Assembly: GCA_002811645.1 (NCBI GenBank) | Contig: PDIP01000018.1 | Coordinates: 83,609-147,608, forward strand | Direction: 5' to 3' | Length of the DNA stretch: 64,000 bases | Source: Corallochytrium limacisporum Hawaii | Taxonomy: Eukaryota > Protista > Pluriformea | In this document: positions 52,403 to 62,800 of the stretch, one piece after another | Position numbering within the stretch: the stretch's first letter is position 1 | Layout: each line of letters opens with the position of its first letter | The notes under the pieces: model-generated | The model's input: the letters and a program-made list of their open reading frames with translations, nothing else | Database searches by the model: none | Told to the model about the DNA's origin: nothing | Program-made: the position numbers and the translations under genes

Positions 52403-52597
52403 ATGAAGTTCTTGAAAGATGTCACTTTTGTTGTCATTTGTATTGGCAGCATGGTTGAAGCTATGCATGTCAAGGATGTCGAGGGTTTGCAGACCGAGTG
52501 CGGTTATATCGGTGACCCCTGCCAAGTTATAGACGGCAAGGATTCTTGCTGTCCGGGGTTTGGTTGCTGGGGTGGGTCGTGCAAGACCATAGGTTAA
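52403..52597 (+). CDS. Small secreted knottin (ICK, conotoxin-like framework) peptide
   Basis: 64 aa: signal-like MKFLKDVTFVVICIGSMVEA, a short spacer, C-x6-C-x8-CC-x4-C-x4-C and a terminal Gly. A-rich leader before the ATG. Confidence 0.75.
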   Translation: MKFLKDVTFVVICIGSMVEAMHVKDVEGLQTECGYIGDPCQVIDGKDSCCPGFGCWGGSCKTIG

Positions 52598-52776
52598 GGG
52601 ATGATCACCGCTAGGACCTTCTTTCCTCTTTGCTAGCCTATGATTGTAATCTGTTGTGAATAGACGTCTTTAGTCAATCAGTTTGTTTCTTCTCCATGTC
52701 CTCGTCGTGATCTGGGAACACCTACAGCCAGATGGCAGGACAACCTGTTACAACAAAGTGTGAATTCATTACATCA

Positions 52777-54381
52777 CTAATTCATTTCATCTGAAATCTG
52801 AGATGAGGCGTGAGGAGTGGCGGTACAGTTGTCGACTGGGTGAATGTACCAGCGATTCTTGTACCCATCTGCTGGTTCCAAGGTGTAGCAGTCGTCGTAA
52901 TCAAGTAAAGATAATATATGGCTTTCACTCTCAAAGAGTTCAAGAGGATCTTCAGTTGTTCGACGTTTGCTGGGGCAACTCAGAAATTGGGGAGGAAAGG
53001 ACTCATGTAGAGTCTGATCACACATGAGCTCAGGCACACTGTTGAGGTCACAGGTCCAAATCTCCGCTGCAGCTACCTTGCCGGCAACAGAATTCGCTCT
53101 GCCGGCCACACTTGGAGAGATAAGGGTATCCAGGAAAGTATCCGACCACTCCGCACCAATCAAAATCATAGCCATTTTGGCCACATCTCTGATCTGGCCG
53201 GGGGTAGCGAGTTGGCTTTCGAGGATGAGCTCTGGGACCGTGATGTTAGCGAGGTTTGGAATTCCATTGCCCTGGATCCAGGTCTGGATACCGGTCTTCT
53301 CGGCATCATAGACCACATCACCAGTAATGTAGATGTCCGCTATAGTCTGTTGTGTCCAGACCGTAATGTTCACGACAGCTTCAGGAAGAACTGTGGGAGT
53401 GGAAGCAAACGTTACTGTCTCCGTGACTGTCTTGGTTTCGGAGACTCCTGTAGTGAGCGCTTCGGTAACAGTTGTTGACAGGCTGTCCTTGATGGTCGTA
53501 GAAATCTCATCTGTAAGGCCACCAAGGCTAATACCAGCTTTGTCGCTAACGTCAACTTCGGTAGAGACTGAAGTGGTACTGGAGACTGACTGTTGAGAGG
53601 AAACCGTTGTTGATTCAGTAACCGATTTCGAGTAATCTGCATTGAATGACAAGCATAGAGCATCACCATTACTTTCAACATGTGTGTCCGGTGCTGATTG
53701 TGTCTCAGAGGTCTGAATGTCCCAAACGCGTGTCAAGAGGTAGTCCACTGGCTGTTGACTGTAGGCTGAATTGACACTTGGCCCGATTATCGGAACACAC
53801 TGCACGGCGCCCATTATGGCTTCCAGCACTATAAAGGCTTGGTTTTGTGGGAAGCCGACTGCCCAGGGCTTGAACGATGAATCCTGGGCATTGGGGTCAC
53901 AGTACGCTTGCGAAGTATCCGAAGGACTCAAATCTTGCAGAGCATTCCACCATGCGTCCCACATGTCAGCATTCTCATCTGTTCGATTTATCTGGTAGGG
54001 TGACGCGAGAATTGGTCCTGTGAGTGCGTTGAGTTTCCAAAGCACGGAGCTCCAGGGATCTATATCACCGCTTGTAGAATTTAAAACCTGAAAGTTTCCC
54101 ACCCGGTCTAACATGTATTCCTCAAAATCAGTTCCCTGGTCAACAATGAACTGGGAAAGAGGACGCATGTCAGCTAAGCCATTCATGATCAGGAAGAAGT
54201 CGAAGTCTTGCGTTACCTGATTATTTCCATCGTCGTCCCAAATGGAGGCATCTGCAGTCATTTCCAGTGTTGGACAAAAAGGTTCAGGTAAGACTTCTCT
54301 CCTGGACGACATTGACGCTGCTGCAACCAGCGCGTATCCGCCGATCAACAGGAAGGCACAGGTCGTTTGAATGTTGGGCAT
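52777..54381 (-). CDS. Secreted aerolysin/ETX-MTX2-like beta-pore-forming protein (putative)
   Basis: Signal peptide from ATG 54381, followed by SSRR. Ser/Thr-rich strands flank a hairpin (YSKSVTESTTV...AGISLGGL...SETKTVTETVTF), followed by TVLP..VVNITV...ITGDVVY. SKRR lies 60 aa from the C-terminus. Confidence 0.7.
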   Translation of the reverse strand: MPNIQTTCAFLLIGGYALVAAASMSSRREVLPEPFCPTLEMTADASIWDDDGNNQVTQDFDFFLIMNGLADMRPLSQFIVDQGTDFEEYMLDRVGNFQVLNSTSGDIDPWSSVLWKLNALTGPILASPYQINRTDENADMWDAWWNALQDLSPSDTSQAYCDPNAQDSSFKPWAVGFPQNQAFIVLEAIMGAVQCVPIIGPSVNSAYSQQPVDYLLTRVWDIQTSETQSAPDTHVESNGDALCLSFNADYSKSVTESTTVSSQQSVSSTTSVSTEVDVSDKAGISLGGLTDEISTTIKDSLSTTVTEALTTGVSETKTVTETVTFASTPTVLPEAVVNITVWTQQTIADIYITGDVVYDAEKTGIQTWIQGNGIPNLANITVPELILESQLATPGQIRDVAKMAMILIGAEWSDTFLDTLISPSVAGRANSVAGKVAAAEIWTCDLNSVPELMCDQTLHESFPPQFLSCPSKRRTTEDPLELFESESHILSLLDYDDCYTLEPADGYKNRWYIHPVDNCTATPHASSQISDEMN

Positions 54382-57300
54382 GATATTGATTCTTGCCTTG
54401 TTCAGATGCAGCACGGCAACGCAAGTCAGGTGCTTGAACACTGAATGATATGTTCTGTTTGGATCCAGAATGTTACAAGGGGGTTCAGACCGATTGAGAT
54501 CACAGGTGATAACAGATCGGTCTCGTTTCGAATACCCTTAGGGGCGATCTGACTGTGCACAGCACCACCATCATTGAGCAGCAGGACCGTGGAGGCATGG
54601 CGGAGCGGAATGCAGGGCGGGACCATCTTAGGGTTCACCGAGAAGGGGGGGGTTCTCTCTCTCCCCGCTTTCTCTTCTGGGAGCCTCACCGGGGAGAGGG
54701 GGAACCGAGACGGATCGATCAAAGTCGCGAGCGTGCTACGAGCCGCGCGCGGCTCTAATGGAAATTAATTTCATGCTTTGACTGGTGTGCGCAAGAAGGC
54801 CTACCTCTCGGTATCCCCAAGGCGCGACGAAATATTTTGCACTGGCACACTACGTCACCGTTGCTGACAGTACGGAGAGCCGGCTTCCCCCGGTGACCAG
54901 TGTTTCCTACGTTGATTGGCTGTGTTTGGGACGAGGACATCGTACCAACTTCTTCCAAGTTTTCCAAACTTGAAAACTCCGCGCGAAGGCAAGGGGGTAC
55001 CTTCAGAGCCACTTGCGCGCAGCCAGGGATGTTCGCGAGTGCGCTGGGACAAGGATTTGTACGAGAGAGCGATTACCATACCTATCCATACCAGAGCATG
55101 ATGTAGCTGTACAATCCCAATATAGCAGGAAAATTCCAACGACGGCCGGTGCCAGCGTTGGACCGTTGCGCTACCATTTGTATCGTGGAATGAAGTGGCT
55201 TGCCGATGTACCTGGCGACGTCTCTGTGCCTTGAAGTGTCTCCGATTGGCATGCACATGGTCTTTTTCGACAAGGGGAAATCAACATCTGAGTCATTTTA
55301 CTGATTTTTGTCATGGACGCCAGTTGAATGCTCTTGAATAGATTGTGTCGGAACTGAGCACAGCTTGCCAGGGGCTTAACATCCTAGGACTTTCCGTACG
55401 AACGTGATACCGCGGCCTGGGATTACGTTTGTTCTGGCTCGAGGAGGTCTTCCCAACATGCTATGGTGAGGGACTCATATCTCGTTTAGCAGTCGACGGT
55501 GTCGTGGACTGTATCCACTATGGCGTCGGCATGCCTCACTGTCGTGATGATGCCTACCATAGGAACATGAAGACGAGCGTCTTCCCTGGCCGGGGCCATC
55601 GTATCGATCCAAGGAGCTGGGATGTTATTCCTACAGCTTAAGGAATAGGTCTCACATTCCAACTGAGACTTCCGCTTCACGTATTGCATCCCGTCCACAA
55701 CACAAGAATTGGAAGACGCTCCTTAGGCCAGAATGAACGGAGCTTGCGAGGAAATTTGCCATTGAGTACTACCAAATGGGTTTGGGGGTGCTGGACAGTT
55801 CAATCGTATTTGTTTACAACAAATGCGCAGCCGTCCATGGCCCAATGGGAGTTTGCTTCTATGATTGTGTCTAATTGCTTGCATGTCTTTGGAATAGGGG
55901 CGAAATAGCATTCCAGTGCAGTTCGGAGCAACCTTGGCTCTAAATGTCATAGGACTGTTTGCTCGCTGTCGACCAACCCAGCTCCTGTCCCGGGACTCAT
56001 GGAGATTCCTGATTGAAGAGATCTACGCAACCCTGCCTTGATACGACAAAGAATGCGGTGACAGATGCGCATGACTCAGGGAGACTCCGTTGCAAATTCT
56101 CAGAGAGATCCACAGATTGGTGCGTTCTGATCGCAATGTGCGAGATGTCGTTGACCTCCAGCTCGGTCGGAGGCTTAGCGTTCGGGGTTTGGTCTCTGGA
56201 AGAATAGTTCCACTCATTAGCGTTTGCTTTGGAATGTCTGAATACAGTATGTTCTCGCTGCCCAGTAATTGTGGATCTCACATGCACAGTTTACTTTTGT
56301 GGTAAGTGCTATTCTTCTTGAGATAAACTATTCATACACTGCCAAACCTTCCGAGTGAACGTTCACTGGATGTTTCATGACCACTCCCTGTACTGTTCCA
56401 TTTCTTTGTTTCGTTGGCACTTACAGCTGTGAGAGATGAGAGGGTTGTCAGCCAAACTGTTGCAGTACAGAATTGCCTACAAATCTGCCGCACTTTCGAC
56501 CCTTCCGCAAATTGAGTTCTTGGTACATTCGATGCACATACCAGAGCAAGCCTGATTATCCCCCTAGGTACCCAACCCAACATTGATGTATGTCGAAACA
56601 AGGACAGAATCTTCGTTCAGATCCTGCCCGGGTTTTGGTGTCCATCAATGCTGCCCTTCGGTAGGGTTTAGATAGAACCTTTCCCCCCGTTTCATATGGC
56701 CTCATTGTTAACCCGCCTTTTTCCCCGCGTCCGACACACTGCTGGGCCATTGTTTCTCTTTCTTACTCTGTGGTATTCATAATGATGTAGAACGATGCAA
56801 GAGCATGATGGATGGTCGGTATGTGGCATACCTCCAAGGAATTCACCACACCTCGGCCTCTTACTTTCTATCACTCTCTGTCCAGTAGATCTCCTTTACG
56901 CAAAACACATTTTCAAATGTCCTGTGACAGCGCCGCCCTGGGCTGGTCCACCGAAGGGCAAAACCCTCTTTGGTCGTGGCGGAACCCCATGTGACCAACG
57001 GCAAACACTGAGTCCAACAGCGCTAACCTTTGGCATTGTTGGCATTGACTTCCACACCCCCCCGGAGGGGGGGGGGCCCTGGGGTCCTTCTCCCGTCTCC
57101 CCGGCCTCTCATCTAGAACGATATCACATACACACGCGAAAATGTGATGACGCTAAATCGACTGGGTGCGCTTGGTTCTATTGATTGTGCGTTGGGACAT
57201 GCCATACACTCTAGAATCATCCAAACCTCTTACTTACTTCCACCGGTCGGTACTATGAGACTCCAGTGTGCCCAGCAGGACCAGAGTGCCCGTCCTAAGG

Positions 57301-57637
57301 CGCACACAATGTCCCGAAATGGGAACATAACCTGACCTCCCAGATCCCGCTAGGCGGGCTACTGAGAAAGCCCCTGAGCCTGCTTAAGCCAATTCGATCT
57401 GCCCGTCGAAAAAAAAGAGTACAAAAGCACCCAACAAAAAAAAAAGAAAAAAAATCAAAAATCAAAAACTGGGAGAAAAGGAACAGAGGGCACTAATCAC
57501 ACAAATAGAAAAAAGAAAAAGATAAGGAATTTTGTGCAGTGTCACACTCTTAGGGCGGGCGAGCTTGCCCTGTTTTGGAAGGCAGAGCACACAGCCACAA
57601 ACAAAAAACAAAAAATGCAAAGGGAAAAGGAGGCGTT

Positions 57638-57638
<1 letters not shown>

Positions 57639-57676
<38 letters not shown>
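57639..57676. repeat. (GT)19 microsatellite followed by (GGGTT)-type repeats
   Basis: Seen directly. Confidence 0.95.
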
Positions 57677-57678
<2 letters not shown>

Positions 57679-59510
57679 TTGGGTTGGGTTGGGTGGTTGG
57701 TGTTGTTTTTGTTTTCTCTTTGCTTTTTATCCTCCTTCTTTTCCATTGATTTTGACAGGTTCGGTGTGTTTGGCTCCTTTCTTCTTTTTTTTTTCCGGTT
57801 CGGATGTTTACGCCAATGTTTCGAAAAAATTCCAGCAGGTCAGAGATCGAGAGAACACGTAGATCAATATATCGACCATCGCATATTGCTAATGGTGTCG
57901 GAGTCGAACGGGCCGGGCCTTTGAGCAAATTGCACGAGATCAGCAAAGGGTTCTCATTTCACTTTTGTATGGTTGACCAGTTGTGATACCCGGGACAGGT
58001 AGGACGGAGTGGGGAGAATAAATGGCTTCTGTTGCGATACGAGTTCAAACAACTTTTGTTTGTTTTCGGAAGAGATGTGGGCGAGAAGACACTACACCGA
58101 ATTGGTCGTTCAAAAGATGCGCATTGATCTCGGGAAAGTGTCGGGGATCAAAGCTAGTGCAGTGCATGATTCTGCAACAATGTTACACCACTCCGGACCT
58201 AGCCTACATCTTTCGGTTGGCATGATAATGCAGTTTGGAGACCATGCCATGGAAAGAGAATGCACGAGAGTTAAATGCCTGCTGGAATTGGAAAGAGAAG
58301 AAGATAAGAGCAAGGGAAGAAGATAAGAGCCATCTGCCTTACAGCCATCTTACAGATGCCCGTGTCCCATGGTCCCAACGATCTCTCAGTAGACACAGGT
58401 GCCTGGGAACCTAGATAGGAGGCCGTCAGTGGCAAAATAGCCCGATGATGACGCACGGATGATGCGCTGTGCAGATGCTGCGCATCAAATGGTACACAGA
58501 TGGAGCGCAGATTGTGCACAGTGCAGCCGAGAGAAGTTCATGTCCCAAGACACCTCATGGCTATGAAACAGAGTTGATATTCTTGGCCGGCTGTCCAGCC
58601 CAAAAGGCTCAGCCACTTGCCTCTTCCTTGGCCCCAACTCCCTTCTCGTCCGCCGCTCGCATGTTGTGTACCTGAAAGTGCTCCACTGCAAAATCTATCA
58701 TCACATTCCCGGCCCAACTCCACTGCCTCCCCGGCAACCCCGGCGGCCCTTACTCCCTTCCCTTTTTTCTTCCCTTCTCTGCCTCCCCCCCCTCCCAAAA
58801 CTCCCCCCCCACCGCTAGCCTCGCAAAGACCGGGGCCGGGAAGTGGTGGGGTATGGATTCCGGCTTTTACTATCCCTCCGGAGAGTAAGACCACCCCCTC
58901 CTCCCCCCCCCCCCTTGGGGGGGGGGACTCCTTTGTTCGGGTGGGGGCTTGGCCCCTGAAATGCTCCAGTTTACACGTTTCAGTACTTAATGTACGATGG
59001 TGTGTGGTCCACTGGTCCACCGAATAGTTCTCGCCTTGGGGGGAGGGGGAGGGACCGGGAGGTTTGGGGTTGCAGGAATCTTGAGAACACAGGCAAAGGG
59101 CTCCGGAAGAGTTTTGCAGGAAGGCAGGATCCGGGATCCGGATTCCGCCCGAGATGAACGAGGGTTTGCTCAAAACAGGCATTTTTACAAAGGGACCGTC
59201 TGAACTATGAGAACGATTTTGGCATCTTGGGGACATATATTCCCTTTCTGAACCACCCAAAGGTGTGTACGAGCATCTGGATGGCCTACAAGATTATGGC
59301 AGGTGCAGACCGTCGTTGGGAGGTGTGTAGCAAAAGATTCGTCCTCATTGCGTATCCTACCCGAGGAACCCACTCTGGGACCCTTTCCCCCCCCCCCTTT
59401 TGGAGAGGGGAAAGGGCCACCTGGCGGGCATTTTGTTACGCTGTCTTGGATCCCATCTATTGATGCTACTATGCACACAATACCGTTCAACACATCGACT
59501 GTGCAGTCAG

Positions 59511-59691
59511 GTAAAGAGAAAACACCAGTATTTGGTCGGAATAGATTCTATTAGCCCCATTGTTCTCGGAATGGAACGAGTTGCTGGCATTGGCAAGTCA
59601 GCCAATCATTTCCTTATTCCCTTCGACATGGAAAAGGTGATGTTGGATTTGATTGTGCAAAATTGAGATCAGAACTGACTCTATTGTACAG
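59511..59691 (+). other. Putative leader intron of Cys-rich gene (181 nt)
   Basis: CAG|GTAAAG, CTGAC (59675-59679) and TACAG|G. Confidence 0.5.
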
Positions 59692-59845
59692 GTTCTTCAG
59701 ATACAAGCTTTTGGAAGAATGATCAGTAGGCTCGAGTGGAGTACAGCAAATTACAAACCTGTGATTTGATCAGGGGTACCAAATCTCTACATTTACACTT
59801 GGATCAGAAGTTCCCAGGATCCTACATTGATTCAAAGTTCAAACC

Positions 59846-62800
59846 ATGGGTGGCGACTGTTTGGCAGAATGGCAGCCCTGCACGACGCACCGTGACTGTT
59901 GTGGATACGAGCGTTACACCTTCCCTACCACTCTCTGTGCCTATCCGCCGCCGACAGACAACTGGGCCGTTGGTGTCGATGTGAGTGTTGCCGAGCCTGT
60001 GCTGCAATGTATTCCAAATGCGTCGAAGAAAGACAAACCTTGTGAACATGGTGTTGACTGTGTTAGCCGTCGTTTGACGACAAGTTTGTACTGTGATGTG
60101 GATACTTGTCGTGAAATACCTCCCCAGCAGTGTTCGCTTGTTTGCGAAAAGCCGTACGTTCCAGTGCTGGATGAAGTCTGGTGCCAGGATGCACACGGAC
60201 GCCCTCGCCGGTGTACGGACCATGACTGCTGTATTTTACCACCAACCTGTGAAAACTTCCATTGCGATACTGGGTACAAACCAGATCCTATTGCTGTATG
60301 CGCTGTGGACGGATGCTCTCCGGAAATCTGCTGTAATCCGACGTGCTCAGAAGAAGGTGGCTCGTGTTCCGGGGACGAAGACTGTTGTGGAGACAAGTTG
60401 GAATGCCTGTTGATACGCAGGGGTGCTGATGAGGGAGTTTGTCTCCCTAAGTGCTCCAAGGATGAGGAAGAGTGCTTCAGTGATGACCAGTGCTGCGGAG
60501 AAAGTGTCTGCAACCCAGTACCGCACCCACCAAAGAAGCGTCGCGATCACATACCAAGCAAATGTGGTCCACTCGGGCCGCTCTGTGTAGAGGGTAGTCC
60601 CTGTGATGAGCCTGGGGATTGCTGTGACGAAGCACCGTACTGTGTTCTTCCTGCTACTACTTTTCTACGTCGTGAACCCGTCCAAACACCGACAGGCGTC
60701 CCAGCTCCGCCACCCGGTTCTTCCGGAGAGTGTAGAAAAGACCCGCCTTGTAAGAATGAGAAGGAGGGGTGTTTTGAGGATGCAGACTGCTGCGATAATG
60801 GAGCAATGTACTGCAATACTAACGGTCCCGTCCCTGTCTCTTCCGATCGCCGTGACGCTCCTCCTGGGATCTGCGAACCTGTCCCTGTCTGCAAGACCGA
60901 AGGCTTTGACTGCTACGATGATAAGGACTGTTGTGGTCATTGTGACTTCTTCCGACTTAACCGTCGTGAGGGCACTACCGGCACGTCACCAGCACCCGGC
61001 ATTTGCGTATCCGACTGCAAGCCGCAAGGTGGACTCTGTGTAAGAAATGGAGATTGTTGCGACGACTTTGTGTGCATCGATATTACGACGTCAACTATAA
61101 CCGGGACACCAACTATAACCACAGGCACCGGGATCGAAACATGTCAACCCGGCTGCTTGAGCCTGGGCACCGAGTGCCATGGTGTGGTACCTTGCTGTGG
61201 TGACCTGGTCTGCGAAGAGGAACGGCCAACGCCAGTGCGCCGCACCGTTGAAAGGCGAGTATGCACAACACCCTGCAGTGATGAGCATGTGGAGTGCGAC
61301 GGCGATGAAAATTGCTGTGGTGATCTAGTCTGCCGACAGAATGCGATCGATAAACGCCGTGATGGCTATACCGGCACTTGTGAGCCGCTGTGTTCTGCTA
61401 AGTACCTTGGTTGTGATGACGACAATGACTGTTGCGAGAGCCTGAGGTGCGATTACTCTGTGGACATCTCTGTGGACATCAGCCGTCGGCGCATAGGGGG
61501 CATCTGCTTAGAAGAGTGCAAGGATTATGACCAGTCCTGCTACCTTGACGAAGAGTGTTGCGAAAGTTTTGTCTGCGAAGGTGGTGGTGTCCTGCCCCCG
61601 CTCCGTCGCGATACAGAACGGCGAAACGACTTCGAAGGCAAATGCAAACCAGCCTGCAGCCTTGAAGGTTGCAATGAGGATGGTGACTGTTGTGAAGGTT
61701 TGGTCTGTGGTGAATCCCCCCGGGACACCAAACGCCGTGATGGTACCACTGGTAGCTGCATCCCCGAGTGCAAAGACGAGGAACAGGAATGCTACGAAGA
61801 CGACGACTGCTGTGGTGATGGTCTATCCTGTGAGCCACCGTCTCCCAAACGGAGAAGCACGGAACCGGGAGTTTGCAAGCCTACTCGACCCCCGTGCCAG
61901 GAACTCGATGACGGATGTGATAGAGACGAAGATTGCTGCGACAGGAGGCTATTCTGCGACACGCTGACCCAGCCTCGCCGTGACATTGACGATTGGCTAG
62001 GCATCTGCAGGCCGAGACCAGAGTGCAAAGAGGCAGATGAATCGTGTTACTGGGATGGTGACTGTTGTCATGCGGACCTGTACTGCGAAGGTGGTAGCGG
62101 AAACACTACGACCACAATCACTGTCACGGTCTTCGGCGGGGAACCGCCTGGTCTTTGCAAACCCCGCTGTCGAAGAGGCAAAGAAACCTGCGATGACGAC
62201 GATGACTGTTGTACAGACAACGGTCGGCTCACCTGCCAAGAAGTCAGAGATGAAAACCGCCGTGAGGTAGGGAAAGTTTGTCTTCCACCGCCCGTCTGTG
62301 TTGAAGATTTCCAGGAATGTCAATCTGGTGATCAGTGTTGCAATAGTACCTCGTCTTGCCTTCCTTCGAGACCACCTGCACGCCGTGATACGTGGGTGGG
62401 CACTTGCACTCCTGATTGTAGAGATGAGTTAGTACCATGTGCATCGCACGAAGAATGTTGTCCAGATCTCTACTGCGATCCCGCAGCGTCCGACCCTCGA
62501 CGAGTGGTAGTCAAGGGTGTCTGTCGCAAGTGTGACGCAGGTTTCAGATGGGATGGACAAGAATGCGTCTGTGTCAATTTTGATGATTGTGGTGTCTGTA
62601 ACGGCGACGGAACTACATGTAAGTGCCATACTGGCTACCACTGGGATGGCCAAGACTGTGTTCCTGATACGTGCTGTGAAGTTGCTTGCGATATCCTTCC
62701 GTGGCGACGAGACTCCGACTGTGAACAATGCAAGGACGACGCCGGAAGGGAGCGGCCTTGCACATCCGATGACTGTTGTGACTCTCCTCCAGACTACCTA

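Noticed and set aside
57677-57700. GGGTT repeats as interstitial telomere
   Set aside because: Only about three imperfect units, not TTAGGG, and contiguous with a GT microsatellite.
58297-58330. 15-bp direct repeat GAAGAAGATAAGAGC as a target-site duplication
   Set aside because: The copies are only 4 nt apart with no element between them, so simple slippage is the likelier cause.
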